From contig MENI01000097.1 of the NCBI GenBank assembly GCA_001768195.1, forward strand, positions 73,198 to 137,197: a DNA stretch of 64,000 bases. Reading direction: 5' to 3'. The DNA is from Bacteroidetes bacterium GWA2_40_15 (GTDB taxonomy: Bacteria > Bacteroidota > Bacteroidia > Bacteroidales > VadinHA17). The notes beneath the pieces were generated by a model. That model was not told where the DNA came from and did no database searches. It saw nothing but the letters and a program-made list of their open reading frames with translations. A program made the translations under genes and the position numbers. Positions 36,253-44,793 of this stretch are shown here, in pieces. Each line of letters starts with the position of its first letter. The stretch's first letter is position 1.

Positions 36253-39200
36253 CCACCTTCACCCACTTAATTGCATCACCGATTACAAGCCTTCCGGCTG
36301 ACTGGTTGGTCAGAACGACTCTGGCAGTATCAGGTGAAAAGTAATAACGTCCAATGTTATTCCATCCGGCATCTGCGTTTTCATAATCAAGAGTTATTTC
36401 ATCACTTCCCTCGTCATGAAAAACTTTATAATGGAAATCTTTAAAGCGGCTATCCTCCTGTCGCTCTCTATCGGGTCCGGGAGCTCCTCCCTGCCCGCCG
36501 CCTCTCTCATCCCTGATTGTCATCCTTTCAGCATTCTTTCCGACAAAACAATATACATCATAGTATCCCTGATCCTTAATCAAAGTGTTCCATTCGATTG
36601 CCTTATCTCCTGTACCTGCCCTGGTGTATACTGCTGACCTGATATATTTTCCAAAGTATGAGGTAAGTACTACAGGCTGCCAGTATTCAGGCACATTCCA
36701 CTGACTGATCTGCATATACGTATTACTTCTTCTGTTGGTTATGCCAAAAAGCCTTTTAAGGGGACTTGCCGTAATCTGGTTGCCTGATTTGAATCCTTCA
36801 TCCTCATTGTCAGTTATAATTTCCGAAGGGGCTGAAAATTGCAGAGGTTCTGCTGTTATTTCTACCTCTTCGCTTATCTTCCCGGTGTTTATCTTTGCTT
36901 TTAATATTTCATTTAAAGGCATATTTATTTCACCGGGGATGTTTTTGGCAAAGAGAGTATTTATCATCATGCCCCTGGGCTGAACATCCGTTAAGAGAGA
37001 TATTTTTTTTGTCTCCCCGGAATCGAGAAATACAATCCTCAATATATCGGAAGTTTCCATTCCCCGGCCCTGCATTGTTCTGCCTCCGGGTCCTCCTCCT
37101 GACGGCTGAAATGCTCCGGACATCTGCTGTCCCCTGCGTCCCGGCGCACCCTGTCCTTCGCTCCTGAAGGCTATATTGAATAACCCGGGTACCTTTTCAT
37201 GATTTGCTGCAATAAATGAAACCAGGTACCTTGATCTCTCTTCCAGGATTATCTCATTTGCCTTCAGATCCGAAAAGATAAATCCCGGTTGTTCCTTTCC
37301 ATTGAACCAGTCAGCGAGATATGGATAAAAGTCGAAATGGAACATATTCATAATGTCATCTCTGAATTGAAGCATATCAATTCTTTCAAAACGGTGATCA
37401 TCACAATATTTTGAGAACCAGGTATTGAATTCCTCTATACCTGCTTTTGATCTCAGGAGATTGAAGAGCCAGTCACCTTTAACTGCAATTACAACTCTTA
37501 TAGTATCTCCGGAGGGATTATCTGCAAGCAGATCCTTCAGGCTGTGCTCCTTCAATACCAGATTTGCTTTGTCATTATCAGTAAGATTGCCCATCATTGA
37601 CGAATACCTGTCAGGGGGCCCCTGTTGCACAAGCTGCTGGAGATGCGATTCAAATACTGCATTGATTACAGGATACTCTGCAGAATGGAAATTATTCTTA
37701 TAGAAATAGAAGCTTGGGCCCAGCAGGTATCTGGAAGGTTCATTGTACACTCCGTTTCTTGTAAATAAGGAATTTACGCCACTGATGAACGTATTCCGGA
37801 TAAAATCGTTGAAAAGCCTTACCTGAAGCTCTTTGTCGGTTATTACCTGGTTATTGCGGGCCATCCTTTTTTTCTGGCTCTCAAATCTTCTGCTGAAGCC
37901 TGAATTATCGAGAGTTGATAGTTTTTCGGGTAAAAGGATCATTCCAGGTTGAACTTCTGCTCTTGTCTGGGTGCTGTTTTTAGGGTATGAATAGAACTGA
38001 ACCGGAACTTCCAGAAGCGTTAAGGTTCTGAAAGGATACCTTGTCGAAAATGAAGTTTCAAGGTCTCTCATGATCCCTGAAACCAGGAAGGGTAACGTGT
38101 CCTTTAATTCTGACAGATCCTTTTTGTAGTAATCATTTCCCGGGAAATAGTGGGTGATGTAAACCACGGAATCAACCGTAAGAGTATCTGACCGGTAGTT
38201 ACCAATAGCAAGGGTAAGGCCTGTCAGCGGATTTTCCGGAAGAAATGAATACCAGTTGGTGTCAGATGTTTGTCTGCCCTGGGAAACAGGAGTCAGATTT
38301 TCTTTTGTTTTTACCCTCAGGGAGTATTTTGTGAAATCTATCTTGATTCGCGCAGGATTTGAAGGATAATAGTTAAGAGACGCTACGGGATACCAGTGGG
38401 TTTCAGGTGTTAGCAGAAGATATTTGTCATTGAGGAATGACTGCCTTTTATTTACATTAAGCATTGCAATCCTGTATCTGTTCTCTTTAATGTTGTCACT
38501 GTAATTGGGAGAGCAGAATGATTCATTGATGCTGCCTGCGTAAGTTATTGTCAGACTGTCAGATTCACCGGAGAGAAGTTTTGAGGAAGGTACTATCTCT
38601 ATTATATGATTGGTTCTGGAGTATTGCAGGCTTATGTTCCCTGCTGTTATTTTATTAACAGTAAGCGATGGGTTAAGCGAAAAAAGATAATAGTCGAGAG
38701 GCTCTCCGTTGTCATTTGTTATTTTAAGATTTGCCGAGGCTTCAATTGATTCTCCTCTATGAATCAACTCGATGGAAGCCTCCTTCACAACCGGGAATCT
38801 CCTGTCTTCAAAAATCCTGTTTGCCTCTGTAACAGCTTTTTTGGCATCTGATTTATCCCTGTGAATTGAATATGTATTTAACCCAAAAAAAACTGCAGCT
38901 GCCAGCGAAACTGCTAAAAATACAATTGCCAGGATAGTATGCAGGCTTGACTGCGGTAGTCTTTTGAACAATAATACTGTTCCCATTACGAGAGCCATTC
39001 CTGAGAAGAAGTAGAGAAGTCTTTGATTAATAATTACTTCAGGATTGTCAAAACCGATAATTCCAGACTTAAAAATTGGTAAGCCGAATGCCATATAATC
39101 AAATATGGAACCAACCCTGAACCACAACCAGAACATATCAAGCGCTGCTATTCCGAGCAGGATAAGGAATGTTACCGCCTGGTTTTTTATTAGTGACATA

Positions 39201-39697
39201 AGCAGGAATGCCAGCCCCAGGCTGAATATTATTGTTGGCAGGGTTATTATAAGCAGGTATTCAAAGTATGCCATTATATCAACACTCATTTTTTTTGATA
39301 TAATATTTATTATAAGCCCAATCCCGAGGATTATCAGATTCAGTCCGAGGAACAGCCTTATTATTCCCCAGGTTTTACCAAGTACATACTCGAAGTTTGA
39401 AATTGAACGGGTATAGAGTACTTCATTTGTATCAAGCTTTTTATCTCTTTTAAGAAAATCTGCTGCAAGGAATATTACAACTATTGCCTGTCCGATATTC
39501 AGGAGGTAAAGATTCACAAGCGGAACCGAAGATGAAATAGAAACCAGTTCCCATGATTCATCAGCGATAAATACCCCTATATTCATGAAGGTAAAGATTA
39601 CCAGGGCTCCGAGGGAAAAGAGTCTGAAAAACCAGCTTCTCCTGAGAGTTTTTGCCTCATATCTGGCAACTGTACCTGCATTGTGCAAAAAAGACAT
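36248..39697 (-). CDS. ABC-2 permease fused to an M1-aminopeptidase-like (apparently non-catalytic) periplasmic region and a C-terminal golvesin-C-like beta domain
   Basis: 1149 aa. About 6-7 N-terminal TM helices are followed by an M1 N-domain-like segment (TPETHWYPVASLNYYP). No HExxH occurs anywhere in the translation. Two Gly/Arg-rich inserts are present. The C-terminus GWNNIGRYYFSPDTARVVLTNQSAGRLVIGDAIKWVKVE resembles golvesin-type C-terminal domains. Confidence 0.65.
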   Translation of the reverse strand: MSFLHNAGTVARYEAKTLRRSWFFRLFSLGALVIFTFMNIGVFIADESWELVSISSSVPLVNLYLLNIGQAIVVIFLAADFLKRDKKLDTNEVLYTRSISNFEYVLGKTWGIIRLFLGLNLIILGIGLIINIISKKMSVDIMAYFEYLLIITLPTIIFSLGLAFLLMSLIKNQAVTFLILLGIAALDMFWLWFRVGSIFDYMAFGLPIFKSGIIGFDNPEVIINQRLLYFFSGMALVMGTVLLFKRLPQSSLHTILAIVFLAVSLAAAVFFGLNTYSIHRDKSDAKKAVTEANRIFEDRRFPVVKEASIELIHRGESIEASANLKITNDNGEPLDYYLFSLNPSLTVNKITAGNISLQYSRTNHIIEIVPSSKLLSGESDSLTITYAGSINESFCSPNYSDNIKENRYRIAMLNVNKRQSFLNDKYLLLTPETHWYPVASLNYYPSNPARIKIDFTKYSLRVKTKENLTPVSQGRQTSDTNWYSFLPENPLTGLTLAIGNYRSDTLTVDSVVYITHYFPGNDYYKKDLSELKDTLPFLVSGIMRDLETSFSTRYPFRTLTLLEVPVQFYSYPKNSTQTRAEVQPGMILLPEKLSTLDNSGFSRRFESQKKRMARNNQVITDKELQVRLFNDFIRNTFISGVNSLFTRNGVYNEPSRYLLGPSFYFYKNNFHSAEYPVINAVFESHLQQLVQQGPPDRYSSMMGNLTDNDKANLVLKEHSLKDLLADNPSGDTIRVVIAVKGDWLFNLLRSKAGIEEFNTWFSKYCDDHRFERIDMLQFRDDIMNMFHFDFYPYLADWFNGKEQPGFIFSDLKANEIILEERSRYLVSFIAANHEKVPGLFNIAFRSEGQGAPGRRGQQMSGAFQPSGGGPGGRTMQGRGMETSDILRIVFLDSGETKKISLLTDVQPRGMMINTLFAKNIPGEINMPLNEILKAKINTGKISEEVEITAEPLQFSAPSEIITDNEDEGFKSGNQITASPLKRLFGITNRRSNTYMQISQWNVPEYWQPVVLTSYFGKYIRSAVYTRAGTGDKAIEWNTLIKDQGYYDVYCFVGKNAERMTIRDERGGGQGGAPGPDRERQEDSRFKDFHYKVFHDEGSDEITLDYENADAGWNNIGRYYFSPDTARVVLTNQSAGRLVIGDAIKWVKVE

Positions 39698-39712
39698 CAG
39701 ATTATTGTATTG

Positions 39713-40606
39713 CTAGTCAATAATATATGTTTGCAGCTTATGTTCCATGAAATAAACATATGCGTCTTCAATATTTGGAAAAACCTGAGTTGAAATGAAT
39801 TCCGGAGGATTGTCCGAAACAATCTGTACATCCCATCCCGACTCCACCGGAAGTGTAGAGATAACATTATATTTTTCTTTAACAGCGTCATACTCATGCG
39901 GACTTAGTAAAAGTCGGAACACATGACCCTCGGCATGTCTGACGAGATTTTCGGGAGATCCTTCAAATACCAGTTCCCCTTTATTCAGCAGAGCCATACC
40001 ATGACATGTGGATGAGATATCTCCTACAATATGAGTTGAGAGTAAAATTATTACATCATTTCTGCTGAGCTGCGAAAGAATATTCCTGAATCTGATCCTT
40101 TCATCAGGGTCAAGCCCTGTAGTAGGTTCGTCAACAACTATAAGCTTCGGATTTCCGATTAGTGCCTGAGCAATTCCTAATCGTCGTTTCATGCCGCCGG
40201 ATAGTCTGTTAGCCTGCCTGTCGCGCACCTCAAGCAACCCAACCTGATCAAGGAGCCTGTCGACTTCAGCTATTCTCGCCTTTCGGTTCTTCATCCCGGC
40301 AAGCGAACCTGAGTAATCGAGGAATTCCCATGTCTTAAGCGAGGTGAAGAACCTGAAATCCTGGGGAAGATAACCAAGCATGCTTCTCAGTTTTTCCCTG
40401 TGCTTCTGAATGTCCATGCCGTCAATAAGCACTGATCCGGAAGTTGGTTTCATCAGGGTGACAATAATTCTCATCAGGCTTGATTTGCCTGCTCCGTTAG
40501 GACCCAGCAAGCCGAACATTCCCGTTCCTATTTCGAGATTAATATCTTTAAGAGCATGATTACCATTAGGGTATATCTGGTTCAGATCTTTTATCTCAAT
40601 TTTCAT
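39713..40606 (-). CDS. ABC transporter ATP-binding protein, first gene of the efflux operon
   Basis: 297 aa. Walker A GPNGAGKS, Q-loop YLPQD, signature LSGGMKRR, Walker B LIVVDEPTTGLD, H-loop STHIV. It is clearly paralogous to the NBD fused to the RND protein. Confidence 0.9.
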   Translation of the reverse strand: MKIEIKDLNQIYPNGNHALKDINLEIGTGMFGLLGPNGAGKSSLMRIIVTLMKPTSGSVLIDGMDIQKHREKLRSMLGYLPQDFRFFTSLKTWEFLDYSGSLAGMKNRKARIAEVDRLLDQVGLLEVRDRQANRLSGGMKRRLGIAQALIGNPKLIVVDEPTTGLDPDERIRFRNILSQLSRNDVIILLSTHIVGDISSTCHGMALLNKGELVFEGSPENLVRHAEGHVFRLLLSPHEYDAVKEKYNVISTLPVESGWDVQIVSDNPPEFISTQVFPNIEDAYVYFMEHKLQTYIID

Positions 40607-40749
40607 AAAAATATCTAAATTCCGGTGGTATTAATCATTCATTTCTATCTGACCTTATAAAGACGGTAAATATTCCGGATGTGACAATAAAACTGTAAAA
40701 TAGCTCTGAAAAATAAGCTAATTGTATCAAATTTCATCTGGTGATTCAC

Positions 40750-40808
40750 GAACTCACCCCCTGTTTCCCCCTCTTTGCGGAGCAGAGAGGGGGTAGGGGG
40801 GTGAGTTC
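40750..40808. repeat. G/C-rich nested hairpin element in the AT-rich intergenic region
   Basis: The outer 12-bp stem is GAACTCACCCCC (40750-40761) / GGGGGTGAGTTC (40797-40808). The inner 8-bp stem is CCCCCTCT (40767-40774) / AGAGGGGG (40786-40793). A related copy lies at 53181-53207. Confidence 0.7.
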
Positions 40809-40938
40809 ATGTAAACAATATTAATGAGTAAAACACTATTCATTCTTTTGAATAATTTTCTCCCTTTAACAAATGTACTCAAGTTACTCTAAAGGGAATG
40901 ATGGAGATAGGGGTTTATTGCATAATAAAAGTTATTCC

Positions 40939-40946
40939 TATTTTTG
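40939..40946 (+). promoter_or_regulatory. Bacteroidota -7 box (TATTTTTG) upstream of the HD-domain gene / lpx cluster
   Basis: Exact TAnnTTTG match 19 nt upstream of the TTG start at 40965. Confidence 0.4.
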
Positions 40947-40964
40947 TAAACAAAATATTACCAG

Positions 40965-42218
40965 TTGGCTTATCTGACAAACAAGAGAAAGATCATAAAT
41001 GACCCTGTATATGGTTTTATTAGTATTCCGGGGGACTTTGTCTTTGATATAATTGAACATTCATGGTTTCAGCGGCTGAGGAACATAAAGCAGCTAGGGC
41101 TGACCAGTTTTGTTTACCCTGGAGCAAATCACAGCAGGTTCCAGCATGGTCTGGGTGCACTTCATTTGATGGAGATGGCAGTGAGCACACTCAGGAGCAA
41201 GGGAGTTGAGATAACTCAGGAAGAAGAGGAGGCGACTTATCTTGCAATTCTCCTTCATGATATTGGGCATGGACCATTTTCTCACGCACTCGAAAACTCA
41301 ATTATTGAAGGAATTGCACATGAAGATCTGTCGCTCCTTCTTATGCGCAGGCTTAATGATGAATATCATGGAAAGCTTGACCTGGCTATCGAAATATTCC
41401 TGGGAAGATACCACAGGAAATTTCTTCATGAGCTGGTTTCGGGACAGATAGATATGGACAGACTCGATTACCTGCGGAGAGATTGTTTTTTTACAGGAGT
41501 GATTGAGGGATCTGTTGGTTCAGAGAGAATTATAAGAATGCTGAATGTAGCTGATGAGAGTCTGGTCATCGAGGAGAAAGGGATTTATTCACTCGAGAAA
41601 TTCCTTATTGCCCGCAGGTTAATGTACTGGCAGGTTTATATGCACAAAACGGTTCTGTCATCTGAAAGCCTGCTAGTTAAAGTCCTTCAACGGGCAAGGG
41701 AACTGGCCATCAGAGGAGCAGATCTATTTACAACTCCGGCACTTCGTTTTTTCCTCTATAACCAGTTTGAGAAGAAAGATCTTTTAAACGACGGGGATTT
41801 TACTCCCGGTATAATTGCTTCCACCTTTGTCCGCCTCGATGATACAGATATCTTTACTGCAGCCAAATACTGGGCAGATGATTCTGACTCTGTACTTTCA
41901 GACCTGGCTGCAAGGCTTATGAGACGAGATCTTTTTGCCATAGAGCTTCAGAATGAGCCGTTTAAGAAAGAAAAACTGAGGCAGCTGAAAAAGGTGGCAG
42001 GAGATTTGCTGCATGTAAGCCCGGAACATTCGGATTATTATGTATTTTCAGGTACTATATCGAACCTGGCATTTACACCAGATGCCCCTGAAGTAAAGAT
42101 CCTCCTGAAAAACGGCAAGACAGAAGATATTTCAACAGTATCAGATATGTTTGAACAAAGATTTATATCAGAAAGAATTACAAAGTACTTCCTTTGTTAT
42201 CCAAAAGAATGTAGATAA
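40965..42218 (+). CDS. HD-domain phosphohydrolase (dNTP triphosphohydrolase-like)
   Basis: 417 aa. INDPVYGFI, HSRFQHGLG, LLHDIGHGPFSH and DMDRLDYLRRD are the metal-binding H...HD...D motifs of the SAMHD1/dGTPase-like HD family. TTG start. Confidence 0.75.
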   Translation: MAYLTNKRKIINDPVYGFISIPGDFVFDIIEHSWFQRLRNIKQLGLTSFVYPGANHSRFQHGLGALHLMEMAVSTLRSKGVEITQEEEEATYLAILLHDIGHGPFSHALENSIIEGIAHEDLSLLLMRRLNDEYHGKLDLAIEIFLGRYHRKFLHELVSGQIDMDRLDYLRRDCFFTGVIEGSVGSERIIRMLNVADESLVIEEKGIYSLEKFLIARRLMYWQVYMHKTVLSSESLLVKVLQRARELAIRGADLFTTPALRFFLYNQFEKKDLLNDGDFTPGIIASTFVRLDDTDIFTAAKYWADDSDSVLSDLAARLMRRDLFAIELQNEPFKKEKLRQLKKVAGDLLHVSPEHSDYYVFSGTISNLAFTPDAPEVKILLKNGKTEDISTVSDMFEQRFISERITKYFLCYPKECR

Positions 42219-42233
42219 CTTAAATTTAAAGAA

Positions 42234-43271
42234 ATGGAATTTACAGCTGCAGTTATAGCAGGATTTCTGAAAGGTGAGATCGAAGGTAATCCTGAGGTTA
42301 AAGTCAATACAATTGCAAAGATCGAAGAGGGTCATGAAGGAGCCCTTTCATTTCTTGCAAATCCAAAATATGAACATTATATCTATTCGACTGATTCATC
42401 TGTTGTCCTTGTTAATAAAACATTTGTGCCATCCTCGAAGATTAAGGCTACGCTTATCAGGGTTGAAAATGCCTATGAATCATTCGCATCCCTTCTCAGG
42501 CTGGTTGACCAGTCAAGGTCCAGGAAGACAGGAATTCATCCCACGGCTGTGATTGAATCTTCTGCAAAAATCGGTTCAGATGTATATATCGGTCCCTATT
42601 CATACATAGGTGATAATGCAGTAATCGGAGATGGCTGTTCAGTTTATCCTCATGTTTATATTGGTGATAATACAAAGGTGGGAAACAATTGTACTCTTTA
42701 TCCGGGAGTAACGGTTTACCATGAGTGTGTATTGGGCAAGAGTTGCATTATACATGCAGGATCAGTGATCGGGAGCGACGGTTTCGGTTTTGCACCTCAG
42801 TCTGAGAATGAATTTATGAAAATACCACAGCTTGGAAATGTTTTGTTCGAGGATAATGTTGAGATCGGAGCGAATGTTACAATTGACAGAGCCACAATGG
42901 GATCGACAATTATAAGAAAAGGAGTTAAGCTTGATAACCTGATTCAGGTAGGACATAATGTTGAAATCGGGGAAAATACCGTTATGGCTGCTCTGAGCGG
43001 AATATCAGGTTCAACAAAACTTGGAAAGAACTGTATGATTGGAGGCCAGGTAGGCTTTGCGGGGCATATTAAAATCGCAAACGGGACCAAAATCGGGGCA
43101 CAGGCCGGAATATTGGGAGAGATCAGGGAAGAAAATACTGCACTTATCGGATCCCCGGCTTTTGATATTAAACAGTTCATGAAATCCACTGTTATTTTTA
43201 AACGATTACCCGACATGAAGGTTAAGATTGATCGTCTGGAAAAAGAGGTTGAAGCACTGAAAAAGAAGTAA
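42234..43271 (+). CDS. lpxD: UDP-3-O-(3-hydroxyacyl)glucosamine N-acyltransferase
   Basis: 345 aa with an N-terminal LpxD domain, left-handed beta-helix hexapeptide repeats and a C-terminal coiled coil. It lies in the lpxD / lpxC-fabZ / lpxA cluster. Confidence 0.9.
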   Translation: MEFTAAVIAGFLKGEIEGNPEVKVNTIAKIEEGHEGALSFLANPKYEHYIYSTDSSVVLVNKTFVPSSKIKATLIRVENAYESFASLLRLVDQSRSRKTGIHPTAVIESSAKIGSDVYIGPYSYIGDNAVIGDGCSVYPHVYIGDNTKVGNNCTLYPGVTVYHECVLGKSCIIHAGSVIGSDGFGFAPQSENEFMKIPQLGNVLFEDNVEIGANVTIDRATMGSTIIRKGVKLDNLIQVGHNVEIGENTVMAALSGISGSTKLGKNCMIGGQVGFAGHIKIANGTKIGAQAGILGEIREENTALIGSPAFDIKQFMKSTVIFKRLPDMKVKIDRLEKEVEALKKK

Positions 43272-43391
43272 TTCAATTTACATTCGGGACAGAAAATGTT
43301 GTTTTAGTATAATTAAAGACTCTTATTATGGATAGTACGAAATATTTTTATTTTTTTTGTACCCGAAATCTTGAATCAACAAGTATTACTC

Positions 43392-44789
43392 ATGAGTGAA
43401 AAACAAAGAACTCTTGCCAGCGAAATAAGCCTAACCGGAAAAGGATTACATACCGGGATCAATGTCACTATAACATTTAAACCTGCTCCTGCTAATCACG
43501 GATATAAGTTCTGCAGGGTTGATTTACCAGGAAAACCCATAATCGATGCACTTGCCGAGCATGTAACCGATACCTCCAGAGGGACCACTCTTGTACAAAA
43601 CAATGCTTCTGTTCAGACTATTGAGCATGTGCTTGCAGCTTTCCATGGATTGCGTGTTGATAATGCACTGATAGAGATGAATGGTACTGAGGCCCCTATC
43701 ATGGGGGGAGCTTCCTGGAAATTCGTGGAAGCTATAAAGGAGGCAGGAATTGTTGATCTGAAGGAAGACAGGAATTACTTTGTTGTTAAACAGAAGCTCA
43801 CATATTCAGATGAAGAACATGGCGTTGACCTTATCGTTTATCCCGACGATCATTTAAGCATAAATGTACTGATTGACTATAATTCGAAGATCCTCGGTAA
43901 CCAGTATGCAATTCTTGATACTATTGATGATTTTGAGAAGGAGATATCAAAGAGCAGGACATTCGTCTTCTTCCATGAACTTGAACCGCTGTTCAAGATG
44001 GGTCTTATCAGGGGTGGCGACCTCGACAATGCCATCGTTATTCTTGAAAAGGAAGTGGAACAGGCTGAAATTGACAGGATTGCAAAGCTTTTTAATCGTC
44101 CGGGAATCAACACTCATACAGCAGGAATTCTGAATAATACCGATCTGCATTATCCGAATGAACCCGCAAGGCATAAACTTCTGGATATCATGGGCGATCT
44201 TGCGCTTGTAGGACATCCCATTAAGGGTAAAGTTGTTGCAACAAGACCTGGTCATCTGGCTAATACAAGGCTGGCAAAGATTATGAGGCAGGAGATGAAG
44301 AAAGCCCTGTCAAAAAAAGATGTCCCGGTCTATGATCCATCACAGCCTCCTGTATTTACTCTTGAGGATATTAAGAAAAGGCTTCCTCATCGCTACCCTT
44401 TCCTCCTTGTTGATAAGATCATAACACTGGAAGAGAGTTCAATTGTAGGTATAAAAAATGTTACTTTCAATGAATCCTTTTTCCAGGGCCATTTCCCTGA
44501 TGAGCCTGTAATGCCAGGTGTACTTCTTGTTGAAGCTCTGGCACAAACTGGTGGTCTCCTGATCCTGAGCAGTGTTGATGAACCTGAGAAATATTCAACT
44601 TATTTCCTTAAGATCGACAAGGTTAAATTCAAAAGTAAGGTAGTCCCGGGTGATACTATTATTCTGAAAATGGAACTTACAGATATTATAAGAAGAGGTA
44701 TTGTTACAATGTTCGGACAGGCTTTTGTCGGCAACAAACTCGTTCTTGAGGGAGAACTTACAGCACAGGTAGTGAAAAACAAAATTTAA
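43392..44789 (+). CDS. lpxC/fabZ: Bifunctional UDP-3-O-acyl-N-acetylglucosamine deacetylase / 3-hydroxyacyl-ACP dehydratase (LpxC-FabZ fusion)
   Basis: The N-terminal LpxC part has GKGLHTG, TIEHVLAA and the HKLLD motif. The C-terminal FabZ hot-dog part has LPHRYPFLLVDKI and FFQGHFPDEPVMPGVLLVEALAQ. The likely start is MSEKQ at 43392. This fusion is characteristic of Bacteroidota. Confidence 0.9.
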   Translation: MSEKQRTLASEISLTGKGLHTGINVTITFKPAPANHGYKFCRVDLPGKPIIDALAEHVTDTSRGTTLVQNNASVQTIEHVLAAFHGLRVDNALIEMNGTEAPIMGGASWKFVEAIKEAGIVDLKEDRNYFVVKQKLTYSDEEHGVDLIVYPDDHLSINVLIDYNSKILGNQYAILDTIDDFEKEISKSRTFVFFHELEPLFKMGLIRGGDLDNAIVILEKEVEQAEIDRIAKLFNRPGINTHTAGILNNTDLHYPNEPARHKLLDIMGDLALVGHPIKGKVVATRPGHLANTRLAKIMRQEMKKALSKKDVPVYDPSQPPVFTLEDIKKRLPHRYPFLLVDKIITLEESSIVGIKNVTFNESFFQGHFPDEPVMPGVLLVEALAQTGGLLILSSVDEPEKYSTYFLKIDKVKFKSKVVPGDTIILKMELTDIIRRGIVTMFGQAFVGNKLVLEGELTAQVVKNKI

Positions 44790-44793
44790 AATA

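Noticed and set aside
36248-39697. Annotating the 1149-aa protein as an active M1 aminopeptidase.
   Set aside because: No HExxH motif occurs anywhere in the translation, and the GAMEN-equivalent position is degenerate. I therefore call it M1-like and probably non-catalytic.
39697-39897. 66-aa minus-strand ORF overlapping the 3' end of the ABC ATPase gene.
   Set aside because: It is out of frame within a conserved NBD C-terminal region, with no independent signals.
40607-40964. Possible mobile element or MITE in the 358-nt intergenic region, given the 12-bp terminal inverted repeat at 40750-40808.
   Set aside because: The element is only 59 nt with no flanking direct repeats that I can see and no transposase anywhere in the window. 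I report it as a hairpin repeat, not as a mobile element.
40965-42218. The HD-domain dNTPase-like gene as an anti-phage dGTPase-type defence gene.
   Set aside because: It sits directly in front of, and is co-oriented with, the housekeeping lpxD / lpxC-fabZ / lpxA cluster. No other defence or mobile genes are nearby, so the context argues for a core function.
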